64,000 bases of DNA from Candidatus Sericytochromatia bacterium. GTDB lineage: Bacteria; Cyanobacteriota; Sericytochromatia; UBA7694. Made by a program: the position numbers and the translations under genes. Position 1 is the first letter of the stretch. Each line of letters starts with the position of its first letter. Below are positions 55,506 to 64,000 of this stretch, piece by piece. The DNA lies in assembly GCA_018780035.1 (NCBI GenBank), contig JADMKE010000003.1, forward strand, positions 82,753 to 146,752. Direction: 5' to 3'. The notes beneath the pieces are model-generated. The model saw only the letters and a list, made by a program, of their open reading frames with translations. It was not told the origin of the DNA and made no database searches.

Positions 55506-57350
55506 GCGTCGGCTATGCCTTCTCTCATCGCTACATCCGCTCCAAATGCGAGCCCATCTCCGTTGTCGACAACTCAGCCCAGTGCTGATTCCTTTTATAA
55601 ACCAACCAATGGTAATTTGATGATTCAAAAGTCAGAAATTCAGCAAGGCAAAGTCTACGATGGCAATGGCCAACTACTTGATGATGTGAACATTCAAATC
55701 CGCTCATTAAATCCATCGGTCCCTTTCCATGTTAAAACTAAAGCAGTCAGGGGAGAGTATTCTTTTGACAAGGCACCGATGGGAATCTCACTCGAAATTA
55801 AAGCTGAAAAACAGGGCTATGCCAGCCGCAGAAAGGTAGAATTAATTAGCTGGTATTCACCCAGCAATGTAGGGAAATTTGATTTTGGTACAGAATTTCC
55901 TTTGCTTTGGAGCAATGGATCTGCTTTTTACTTTCGTTTAAATGATCAACCCGAAGTCATTCAAGTTACCCCTTCCCGCAATGGCTCTGGTGTATCTCCC
56001 AAAACGGATTTTACCTTGCTTTTTTCTGAACCGATGGACCGACAGTCAGTGGAAGATAATTTTACAATTCGCAGTTTCAATTCTCGGCTGCTCACAGTTG
56101 ATGGCGGCCCGCTGCCTTACGGTCGCATCGATGTTCCAATCCCTCACACTGTCAAAGGCAATGGCATCATTGCCAGCAATTATCAAACAGGCCAAGGCAC
56201 CCCGATCTATGAACGCTCAGCTTTTGATATCAGCTGGAATGCCGACAATACCCAAGTGACCTTTTCCTTTAAAGATGGCAAAGCCCTGCCCACTGATAGA
56301 GACCAGGATTCAGTCCCTGATTACAATATCTCCTTTAAAAACTTTAGAGATGAAAACCGCACAATCAGAGACAAATCAGGCATTGAGCGCCAAGAGAAAC
56401 ACTTCAAACTGACCGATGGCGACTTTGAAGAATCGTATAAATTCTCAATCTTGCCCGATTTAATTTCACCCACCCTTGAATCCGCGAAGTGGACAGGGGT
56501 AACACCCCAGACAGCCTCCTTATTACTCCAATACAGCGAGCCGATGATGCTCAAGACCCACAGCCTGAAAATCGCAGGCGGTATGAAAGATAACCCAGCT
56601 TCTTGTAAACAGGCCCCAGCCGGGTATCCCGATGCACAAAGCTGCATTTCAGCCCGCGCGTCCCAAAATTATTCAGTTAAAGTCACAGGGGCCAATGGTA
56701 TCCCTCGCTTTGAAGGGACTTTGTCTCAATTGGGGGGCAAAGCCGAATATGACAGCCAAGACCCCACACAAAAAACAGTCAAGCTCTCATTGGCTCCTTA
56801 CCTTGGCCTAAACCGAACCCATTATTATGCAGCAGATCAGATTCTACTCACAGATTCAGGCCGTTATCACACGGGCAATTTTCAGGACAACTTCAGCTTT
56901 TTATTGGACAAAATCGACGGAACACAAACCAAGGTGGAAGTCAGTTTGAGTGCCAATTTAAGCTCAGGAGAAAGTCTCAGCCAAGATTTGATGGTTAAAC
57001 TGAATCAGAAGCTCGGTGAAATAGGCAGCTCAGCCCGATTTACCAGTACTTTTATCGCGGATCCCGGCTTTCCTCCCGGTTTAAATGCACCGGGCCGAAT
57101 CAGTCTCAAACTTTTGGATGCCCAATCTGATCATCTGGGGTTTTCTGCCCTGCCCACGCCAGCAGCCAATAGCAGTGAAGATGTCTTGCCCAATTTTCAA
57201 GTGGGGGGCCGTTCTCTGCAAACAGGCATGTTTTTGTTTGACTTTCAAGCTGGAGACCAACTTGAAATTACAGCTGGAGCAAGTATCGTGGATCCTGCAG
57301 GCAACCCCCTTGCCGCAAATTCTCCGTCTCTGAGTATTGATGTGCCATGA
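55344..57350 (+). CDS. Paralog B (2 of 5): lipoprotein of the same family (no FN3-like segment)
   Basis: 668 aa. Start overlaps the paralog A stop by 8 nt. Lipobox GVSAC. Motifs LNDQPEVIQVTPSRNGSGV ... FSEPMDRQSVEDNFTIRSF, AFDISWNADNTQVTF, EKHFKLTDGDFEESYKF, LLQYSEPMMLKTHSLKIAGGM, CKQAPAGYPDA. Confidence 0.7.
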   Translation: MGDRALKDIFYSHFHRQGSALSLGGILLLVLGGVSACNSTPLSPAASPSPMQTLASAMPSLIATSAPNASPSPLSTTQPSADSFYKPTNGNLMIQKSEIQQGKVYDGNGQLLDDVNIQIRSLNPSVPFHVKTKAVRGEYSFDKAPMGISLEIKAEKQGYASRRKVELISWYSPSNVGKFDFGTEFPLLWSNGSAFYFRLNDQPEVIQVTPSRNGSGVSPKTDFTLLFSEPMDRQSVEDNFTIRSFNSRLLTVDGGPLPYGRIDVPIPHTVKGNGIIASNYQTGQGTPIYERSAFDISWNADNTQVTFSFKDGKALPTDRDQDSVPDYNISFKNFRDENRTIRDKSGIERQEKHFKLTDGDFEESYKFSILPDLISPTLESAKWTGVTPQTASLLLQYSEPMMLKTHSLKIAGGMKDNPASCKQAPAGYPDAQSCISARASQNYSVKVTGANGIPRFEGTLSQLGGKAEYDSQDPTQKTVKLSLAPYLGLNRTHYYAADQILLTDSGRYHTGNFQDNFSFLLDKIDGTQTKVEVSLSANLSSGESLSQDLMVKLNQKLGEIGSSARFTSTFIADPGFPPGLNAPGRISLKLLDAQSDHLGFSALPTPAANSSEDVLPNFQVGGRSLQTGMFLFDFQAGDQLEITAGASIVDPAGNPLAANSPSLSIDVP

Positions 57351-57459
57351 ACTGGCTAAATAACTCGATTTTTTTCTGAACACGACAACAATCGCCTGAT
57401 CATACCCAGATTTTTGCCAATATGGGAACATCCACTGCCATAGCAGCGTCTAGAGAAAA

Positions 57460-59403
57460 ATGGCTGCGCTGAAGGGGGAAAGTTTGATGAGAATCAGGGC
57501 CTTTTTACTTACTTTGCTCAGTGTCAGTGTTGGTCTGGTGGGCTGTGAAACCCGTTCTCAAAAACCACTTGCATTCCCCTCGCCGACGATGTCCATGCCT
57601 GTTTCAACGCTTTTGGCCCCTCTCGTTCACATCAATCTCAGTATGCTCCCAATTAAAGCCGCTTTTTTTGAGTTGCGCTGGAATTCACAACCCGAGGCCG
57701 ATCGTTATCGCCTCTGGCTCGATAGCAAGCCCTTTAAAGACAATTTGGTTTTGCCGCGCGAGATATTGGATTTAACCGGCTATGCCCTGGGCAGCCACAC
57801 CCTTAAATTGGAAAGTATCAACGCCAGAGGTCAGGTGACTGCGGTGGGAGAACTCAGATTTGAGCTCCAAGCCCCTGGCCCCAGTCCGACAGTTTACCCT
57901 ACATCCAGTGCCGTTCCCAAAGCCTCTCCGGCTGTGGGGCCAACCTCACCACCCCAGCCGAAGGTCAGTCCCACACCTGTGGTGGTGGTTTTGCCAAGCC
58001 CCATACCCAATGATATCTGTGATGCTTGTTTCTCTGAAAAAACAACTTTTAATGGTTATGTTTATGATGATCAATTTATGCCCATGCCTGGTGTTACGAT
58101 CCAGGTCAAATCATTGATCAGCAATATCCAATTTGATATGCAAAAAACGACATCATCAAATGGCCAATTTTACTTTTCCAATGCACCAAGTGGCGTTCAC
58201 ATTGAAATAATTGCTTACAAAGCAGGATTTACTCCCCGCAAACGTGTTGAGTTTCTACATTCCAACAAAGAAGACAATCCCATTATAAATTGGTATAACT
58301 TTGGTACTGATGGTAGAGAACCCTTCAATTCTACTGGATATGATGCACTGAGCGACAAACCCGAAGTCACCACAATTACTCCATCTCGAAATAGCTCCGG
58401 TGTAGCGTTCAACACCAGCTTTGTGCTGAAATTCTCTGAACCCATGGCAAAACAAACCGTGGAAAAAAGTTTTATGATCTCCGCTTTTAACAGGCGGAAA
58501 CTCACGGTGGATGCCGACAATTTGCGTACTGCTGGCGGAGCCAATACTGTCATTGGTACTGGAAAGATCGCCACTAATTTCTTGCCGGGCAATAGCACAC
58601 CAATTTGGGATGCAACAGCCTTTGAGAGCAGTTGGAACAGCGATGCCACCGAAATCACCCTGCGCTTCAAAGAGGGCAAAAACCTACCCAGCGACAGAGA
58701 CAGCAATTTGGTGCCCGATTACAACGTGTCCTTTCATGGTTTGGATATCAACAAACGTTTTATTCAAGACGCCAGTGGGGTGATCCGCAACGATAAATTT
58801 TTTAAACTGACCGACGGGGATTTTGAAGAGTCTTACAAATTCTCGATCAAAAGCGACGAAGTCAAACCCACGCTGACGCAGATGACTCCCGATCCCCAGT
58901 CGCCACACGGGGGCGGGTTTATTCTGCACTACAGCGAGCCCATGATACTCGAAACCCTGGGCGTGAACATTGCGGGCGGTATGAGCGACACCCCCACAGC
59001 TTTTATACATGCCCCCGCTGGATATCCAGGGGCTGTGTATAGCACAGCTGCCAAAGCGGCTGAAAACTACCATTTGCTCGTCAAAGACGCGCTGGGGCAA
59101 ACCCGGTTTGAAGGCAGTTGGGCCCAACTCGGTGGGCGGGTGGAGTATCTCAGCCGCGATGCCAGCCGCAAAAGTGTCAGGCTGACTTTGCCCCCTTTTG
59201 CCTCGGCCGCAACAGATCCCGACGTTCAAACCCGTTTGACTCAGCTTTTAAGCCGTGGCCACACATTGACCGAAGGGGTGGTGCCGAGCTTGTTTGAAAT
59301 TGGAGAGCGTCTCACTTTTCGGGTCGAAGCAGATGTGATGGACCCCGCAGGCAATACTGTGGATAGTGCCCGCAACAACGTGGTCCTAACTTTAAATGGG
59401 TGA
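57460..59403 (+). CDS. Paralog A' (3 of 5): duplicate of paralog A; the C-terminal ~270 aa are essentially identical
   Basis: 647 aa from the ORF track. The likely start is ATG 57487 (MRIRAFLL...), with RBS AGGGGGA 8 nt upstream. Lipobox LVGC. FN3-like YRLWLDSKPF. The C-terminal half is nucleotide-identical to 54521-55350. Confidence 0.7.
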   Translation: MAALKGESLMRIRAFLLTLLSVSVGLVGCETRSQKPLAFPSPTMSMPVSTLLAPLVHINLSMLPIKAAFFELRWNSQPEADRYRLWLDSKPFKDNLVLPREILDLTGYALGSHTLKLESINARGQVTAVGELRFELQAPGPSPTVYPTSSAVPKASPAVGPTSPPQPKVSPTPVVVVLPSPIPNDICDACFSEKTTFNGYVYDDQFMPMPGVTIQVKSLISNIQFDMQKTTSSNGQFYFSNAPSGVHIEIIAYKAGFTPRKRVEFLHSNKEDNPIINWYNFGTDGREPFNSTGYDALSDKPEVTTITPSRNSSGVAFNTSFVLKFSEPMAKQTVEKSFMISAFNRRKLTVDADNLRTAGGANTVIGTGKIATNFLPGNSTPIWDATAFESSWNSDATEITLRFKEGKNLPSDRDSNLVPDYNVSFHGLDINKRFIQDASGVIRNDKFFKLTDGDFEESYKFSIKSDEVKPTLTQMTPDPQSPHGGGFILHYSEPMILETLGVNIAGGMSDTPTAFIHAPAGYPGAVYSTAAKAAENYHLLVKDALGQTRFEGSWAQLGGRVEYLSRDASRKSVRLTLPPFASAATDPDVQTRLTQLLSRGHTLTEGVVPSLFEIGERLTFRVEADVMDPAGNTVDSARNNVVLTLNG

Positions 59404-59575
59404 TCGTGCATTGAAAGACATCTTTTACAGCCATTACAGCCATTTTCACAGACAGCGCTCAGCTCTGTCGCTTGGGGGTATTTTGCTTTTGGGGCTGGGG
59501 GGAGTCAGCGGCTGCAATTCAGCTCCTTTGAGCCCCGCAGCCAGTCCCAGTCCGATGCAAACACTCCTCCCTTCG
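58573..59575 (+). repeat. Direct repeat copy 2 (~1 kb; near-identical to 54521-55505)
   Basis: Offset 4052 bp from copy 1. Contains the YSH 9-bp insertion (cattacagc) relative to copy 1. Confidence 0.85.
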
Positions 59576-61030
59576 ACTAAGCCAACAATGGCAGTGCAAC
59601 CCAATGCCACTCCTTCTCCCACATTGGTTCCAATAGCTACTCCCTATGCAAGCCCTACACCGAATCCTGTCGAACCCTCTCCCCTTATGCCCAGTGCCTC
59701 ACCGATTTTGTATAGCACTGAAGGGATAGAAAAATCTGCTTTCTCTGGACAGATTTTTGATGATACACACAAACCACTGAATGATGTTCAGATCCGTCTT
59801 CGCTCTCTAAATGAGCTGGTCCCTTTTGGTGCCGAGACGGTGGCTTTAAACGGTCAATATGTTTTCAACAACATCCCTTCAGGAATCCTGGTTGAAATCA
59901 CAGCCTCCAAACCCGGTTTTGCCACGCGCAGACGGATGGAAGTTGCAAAATCGAGCTTTAGAGGGCCAGATGTCAATAGTCGCTACGACTTTGGTACCAA
60001 TGGTGGTTCAGCAATGTACTCTGCTGCTTATAACGCTCTGACCGACAAACCCGAAGTTATCCGAGTGACTCCCGCCCGCAATGGAGCGGGGATTTCACCG
60101 AAAACAGATTTCAACTTGTTCTTTTCAGAACCCATGGATCGCAGATCTGTCGAAGAGAGTTTCACTGTTCGCAGTTTTAAAAACAACAAATTATCTGTGG
60201 ATAATACCATGAATAAATTCCCTTCTGAACAAGGATTTAAGTATACTTTGAACGGGAAAGATGCAAATACCCATTTTGGATCGCCTCATTTTTACGAAAT
60301 AAGCAACGGCACCCCCATTTACGATTCATCCGCCTTTAATATCACCTGGAATGCGGATGATACCCAAGTGACCTTTCAATTCAAACCAGGTTTGTCCTTG
60401 CCGACAGATAAAACACCTGAACTCGCCCCCCATTACCAAGTGGCATTTAAACCTTTCACAAATAAAAACCTCACCCTGCGCGATAAAACAGGCGTTGAGC
60501 GCCAGGAGAAACATTTTAAATTAACCGATGGCGATTTTGAGGAAGCATACCAGTTTCAAGTCAAAGAAGATCTGCAAGCGCCCAGCCTGCAAGCGGCCCG
60601 GTGGGCTGGATTTTATGGGCAAATGCCCACACTATTGCTCCAATACAGCGAGCCGATGTTGCTTAAAACTTACAGTTTAAATATTGCCGGGGGAATGGCC
60701 GATGAGCCGCCCTCTTGCAAACAGGCCCCGGCAGGATTTCCGGGGGCGAAAGCCTGTACTGCCAGCAAAGCAGCTGAAAATTATCAGGTGAAAGTCAGAG
60801 CCCCCAGTGGCTCACTCAGCTATCAAGGGACTTGGGCAAATTTGGGAGGAGAAGCCAGTTATGCGTCTTGGGATGCCAGTTTTAGAACAATAGTTTTGAG
60901 TACACAAACACCCCAACCCACTTTTATCTCAGGAGCCCAAGTTGAAATCACCGCCAATCCTGAAGTTGTTGAACCAGCGGGCAATCCAATTTCAAACAGC
61001 CAAACGCCCTTGACTGTATTGATACCATGA
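59396..61030 (+). CDS. Paralog B' (4 of 5): duplicate-type of paralog B (shared MGDRALKDIFYSH start), diverged after the signal peptide
   Basis: 544 aa. Overlaps the A' stop by 8 nt. Lipobox VSGC. Motifs LTDKPEVIRVTPARNGAGI, AFNITWNADDTQVTF, EKHFKLTDGDFEEAYQF, CKQAPAGFPGA. Confidence 0.7.
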   Translation: MGDRALKDIFYSHYSHFHRQRSALSLGGILLLGLGGVSGCNSAPLSPAASPSPMQTLLPSTKPTMAVQPNATPSPTLVPIATPYASPTPNPVEPSPLMPSASPILYSTEGIEKSAFSGQIFDDTHKPLNDVQIRLRSLNELVPFGAETVALNGQYVFNNIPSGILVEITASKPGFATRRRMEVAKSSFRGPDVNSRYDFGTNGGSAMYSAAYNALTDKPEVIRVTPARNGAGISPKTDFNLFFSEPMDRRSVEESFTVRSFKNNKLSVDNTMNKFPSEQGFKYTLNGKDANTHFGSPHFYEISNGTPIYDSSAFNITWNADDTQVTFQFKPGLSLPTDKTPELAPHYQVAFKPFTNKNLTLRDKTGVERQEKHFKLTDGDFEEAYQFQVKEDLQAPSLQAARWAGFYGQMPTLLLQYSEPMLLKTYSLNIAGGMADEPPSCKQAPAGFPGAKACTASKAAENYQVKVRAPSGSLSYQGTWANLGGEASYASWDASFRTIVLSTQTPQPTFISGAQVEITANPEVVEPAGNPISNSQTPLTVLIP

Positions 61031-62832
61031 GCCAAGAAAATCACAGGACAGTCTCAAGTCAGTTTTTGCAGGCTCTGATTCTGGCCGGTCTTTCTGCCTG
61101 TGAACCTCCGGCCATGCATCCCTCAGAACCCCCTGCCAGCCAGAACAGTCAAGCAACGGCTACTTCGGCTCCCATGGCATTCGAAAACAGAACTGCAAGT
61201 ATTGTGGTTGAAAGAGAGGAAGGCAATCGCTATAAACTAAGCTGGCCAACGATTCCAGGGGCCGCTAATTACAAGCTCTTTCTCGATGGGGAATTGCTGA
61301 AAGATCAATTAAAAACCAGCCAATATCAAATGGATATTTCTCAATTGAGTTGGGGGCTCCATAAATTGGGGTATGAATCTTTCGATCGGAATCATCGACT
61401 CATAGGCTATTTGGCCCAAGAGTGGGATCTGCGCCCGCTATTACCAGAACCCATTAAGTCTATAAAACCTTGCCCAGAGAGCAAAATGATTGATCTTTGG
61501 ACATATCAGGACTGTTACGATGGAATTACTTATACAGGTTCAATAGAAAAAAATATCATTTTTGGAAAGATCTATTCTGATTCTCAACGTTTATTAGCTG
61601 GAACAAACGTTCTTGTTCGGTTAATTAATAGTCGTTTTCAGTTTTCTAAAGAGACCATATCGACTGATGGGATTTTTCGTTTAGTCGATATACCAGTAGG
61701 TTATCAAGTTGAAATAATTGCTTCAAAGACAGGTTATACAACCAGAAGAAGAATAGAAATTGTAAAATCACCTGGCAAAAGTGATCCTAATGCAAATCGA
61801 TATGACTTTGGTGCAGATCTGGCAACAGCCAGCGGTTTCTCTGCCTCATACAATACACTCAGCGACAAACCCGAAGTAACCATGGCCCTGCCCAGTCGCA
61901 GTCAAAGAAATGTGGCTCCCAATAACGCTTTTGAGCTGACTTTTTCTGAGCCCATGGATCATCAGGGGGTTGAAAACAATTTTGCGATTCGCAGTTTTGT
62001 GTCGGGAAAAATCTCAGTCGATGCTCAGTCTGGAGGGGATACCTTTAATGGCACAGTCCCAATCCAGAGAGAATACCAGCCAGACGCATTCAAGACCGGT
62101 GAAACACTTCCGAGATACGGCAATCTCGCTCAATACCAAACAGGCACGCCCATCTTCGACAGCTCTGCCTTTGATATCTCCTGGAATGCCGACGATACGC
62201 AGGTTACATTTGCCTTTAAACCCGGCAAAGCCCTGCCCACAGACAAAGATCTCGCCCGCTTGCCAATCTATACCCTGGCTTTCGATTCATTTGGCAATCA
62301 ACAGCGCGATATTCGTGACAAAAGCGGCGTGGCCCGCAGTGAGAAACACTTTAAGCTCACCGATGGCGATTTTGAAGAGGCGCTGGCCTTTGAGGTGCAG
62401 GCCGACACCACCCCACCGCGTTTGGAGAACGTGGCACAATTAGAATTGCCCATGCGTGCTTTGGCCTTTGCTTTGACATTTAGCGAACCGATGCTGCTCA
62501 AAACCCACAGCCTGGATATCGCAGGCGGCATGGCTGATACGCTTGAATCTTGCAAACAGGCTCCAGCGGCTTATCCAGGTGCAAAAGTCTGCACCGCTTC
62601 ACGGGCCGGGCAAAACTATACCCTCACTGTCAAAGCCGCCGATGGGCGCATCAAATTCCAGGGCCCTTGGTCTCTGTTGGGTGGAGAAGCCCATTACGAT
62701 GCAGGTGATCCCAGCTTCACACGGGTGATCTTAAGTGCCTCAACTCTGCCTTTTTTGCAAGCAACTGATGATCACTACCACGTTCAGGCCCTTTCCCCGC
62801 TTTCGGACCCAGCGGGCAATTTTCTGGATTGA
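61027..62832 (+). CDS. Paralog A'' (5 of 5): the same family, with a divergent FN3-like N-terminal domain
   Basis: 601 aa. ATGA overlap with the preceding gene. Lipobox LSAC. Motifs YKLSWPTIPGAANYKLFLDG, LSDKPEVTMALPSRSQ, AFDISWNADDTQVTF, EKHFKLTDGDFEEALAF, CKQAPAAYPGA. Confidence 0.7.
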   Translation: MSQENHRTVSSQFLQALILAGLSACEPPAMHPSEPPASQNSQATATSAPMAFENRTASIVVEREEGNRYKLSWPTIPGAANYKLFLDGELLKDQLKTSQYQMDISQLSWGLHKLGYESFDRNHRLIGYLAQEWDLRPLLPEPIKSIKPCPESKMIDLWTYQDCYDGITYTGSIEKNIIFGKIYSDSQRLLAGTNVLVRLINSRFQFSKETISTDGIFRLVDIPVGYQVEIIASKTGYTTRRRIEIVKSPGKSDPNANRYDFGADLATASGFSASYNTLSDKPEVTMALPSRSQRNVAPNNAFELTFSEPMDHQGVENNFAIRSFVSGKISVDAQSGGDTFNGTVPIQREYQPDAFKTGETLPRYGNLAQYQTGTPIFDSSAFDISWNADDTQVTFAFKPGKALPTDKDLARLPIYTLAFDSFGNQQRDIRDKSGVARSEKHFKLTDGDFEEALAFEVQADTTPPRLENVAQLELPMRALAFALTFSEPMLLKTHSLDIAGGMADTLESCKQAPAAYPGAKVCTASRAGQNYTLTVKAADGRIKFQGPWSLLGGEAHYDAGDPSFTRVILSASTLPFLQATDDHYHVQALSPLSDPAGNFLD

Positions 62833-62887
62833 ACACCTGTGAAGGGTTGGTGTGTCTTTGAATCAAACCACCCCGGAGGAAGCCCCC

Positions 62888-64000
62888 ATGAACCGCAAAT
62901 CCATCTCTTTCAAAGCCCCGTTTAAAGCCAGTTTGAGTTTGAGCCTGACCCTCTTGCTGCTCCTGAGCAGCTGTTATGCCAACCAAGATAGCTCACAGAT
63001 CGCCGACAAGAGCCAAACAGCGCCCCCCAAAGTCGACCAACAAAACACCGAAGAAACCGATGACGAAAAAAAACTGATGAACCTTCAGGCCCCCGCTCCC
63101 CCCCGCAAACTCAAATCCGAAGCCCTGGCCAATAAACCCGTCACCACCGGCATGGTAACGGGTGGCAAGGTGAACGAAAGCACAGTTCTGAGACAGGCCC
63201 CCAAAGAGCAGATCCCCCAAGATCAGACGCCAACAGATAAAGAATTTAACACCGAAGGCTACGACAAAATTGCAGAGAATCCCTTTCTTGAGGCCTTAAA
63301 AAACCCACTTTCGACCTTTTCAATTGATGTAGATACCGCTGCTTACAGCAATGTGCGGCGCTTTATTCAACAGGGCAATTTGCCGCCCCAAGATGCCGTC
63401 AGAATCGAAGAGATGATCAATTATTTTGAATATAACTATCCCGATCCCCAGAGTCAGCACCCTTTTTCGCTGGTCACTGAAATCTCCGACTGCCCCTGGA
63501 ATACCAAACACAAACTTTTACATGTGGGCCTGCAGGCCAAACGCCTGAATCTCAAACAGACACCCCCCAATAATCTGGTCTTTTTGTTGGATGTCTCAGG
63601 TTCGATGGAAGACGATAACAAACTTCCCCTGCTGAAAAAATCCCTGCGCCTGCTGATCGACGAATTGCGGGAACAAGACAGCGTCTCGATCGTGGTCTAC
63701 GCGGGGGCTGCGGGCCAGGTTCTGCCCCCCACCAGTGGTGCCAACAAAGCCAAGATCATCGACGCGCTTGAGAATTTACAGGCCGGGGGCTCGACCGCAG
63801 GCTCAGAAGGAATTCAATTGGCCTACGAATTGGCACGCAAAAACTTCAAACAAAATGGCAATAACCGCGTCATTTTGGCCACCGATGGCGATTTTAACGT
63901 CGGTCCCTCCAGCGATGGCGAACTCGTGCGCATGATCGAAGAAAAACGCAAAGGCGGGGTCTTTTTAACCGTCTTGGGCTTTGGCATGGGCAATTACAAA
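62888..64000 (+). CDS. YfbK-like von Willebrand factor type A domain protein with signal peptide (3' end outside the window)
   Basis: No stop codon within the window. GGAGGA RBS at 62874-62879. Signal peptide; FSIDVDTAAYSNVRRFIQQGNLPPQDAVRIEEMINYF (YfbK N-domain-like); vWA MIDAS start VFLLDVSGSM ... SIVVYAG. Confidence 0.7.
   Translation, partial: MNRKSISFKAPFKASLSLSLTLLLLLSSCYANQDSSQIADKSQTAPPKVDQQNTEETDDEKKLMNLQAPAPPRKLKSEALANKPVTTGMVTGGKVNESTVLRQAPKEQIPQDQTPTDKEFNTEGYDKIAENPFLEALKNPLSTFSIDVDTAAYSNVRRFIQQGNLPPQDAVRIEEMINYFEYNYPDPQSQHPFSLVTEISDCPWNTKHKLLHVGLQAKRLNLKQTPPNNLVFLLDVSGSMEDDNKLPLLKKSLRLLIDELREQDSVSIVVYAGAAGQVLPPTSGANKAKIIDALENLQAGGSTAGSEGIQLAYELARKNFKQNGNNRVILATDGDFNVGPSSDGELVRMIEEKRKGGVFLTVLGFGMGNYK

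Noticed and set aside
1-64000. Searched for tRNA/rRNA genes, CRISPR arrays, integrases/transposases and prophage hallmarks
   Set aside because: No non-coding gap exceeds ~330 bp. No cloverleaf-like or repeat-spacer structures were seen, and no recombinase-like ORFs. The window appears to be core or accessory chromosome without an obvious mobile element.

Overview
This 64 kb window is a gene-dense chromosomal segment from a moderately GC-rich bacterium, probably a diderm given the many lipoprotein signal peptides. Coding density exceeds 90%. I found no rRNA, tRNA, CRISPR array, transposase or integrase. All protein-family calls below are made by eye from sequence motifs; no profile or database search was run.

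Principal blocks, in order:
- aroB 3' end.
- A long minus-strand gene string (590-8487): type IV pilin-like protein, tandem-repeat protein, B12-binding radical SAM enzyme, a 631-aa membrane protein ending in a CPBP/CAAX protease domain, a secreted beta-propeller-like protein, and two tandem YkgJ/FliB-family CxxCxxCC proteins.
- UvrD-like helicase; YceI; a GNAT-ASCH fusion; a beta-lactamase-family serine hydrolase.
- An ogt / adaA-alkA adaptive-response pair.
- NlpC/P60 lipoprotein; Ser/Thr kinase with TPR repeats plus a LivK-like periplasmic binding lipoprotein.
- A PilT-like ATPase with a long N-terminal extension, coupled to a BatD-like membrane protein.
- A fatty-acyl-AMP ligase / carrier protein / luciferase-like monooxygenase / NUDIX / SDR-DUF2867 cluster.
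- A cation:proton antiporter with an RCK domain; a standalone protein of three T2SS-E N-terminal-like repeats.
- Two IPT/TIG surface proteins, one 1235 aa with NHL repeats.
- A REC-DUF4388 protein; pyruvate:ferredoxin oxidoreductase with a DHOD-like partner; a HerA-like ATPase; a GAF-DUF4388 protein.

The most striking feature is a translationally coupled array of five paralogous lipoproteins (53357-62832), arranged A-B-A'-B'-A''. Each carries a CarboxypepD_reg-like domain, a Big_5 Ig-like domain and a conserved C-terminal domain I cannot place in a named family. The array contains a ~1 kb direct repeat of ~99% identity, 4.05 kb apart, and a mosaic GC/AT composition. A truncated YfbK-like vWA protein follows at the window end.
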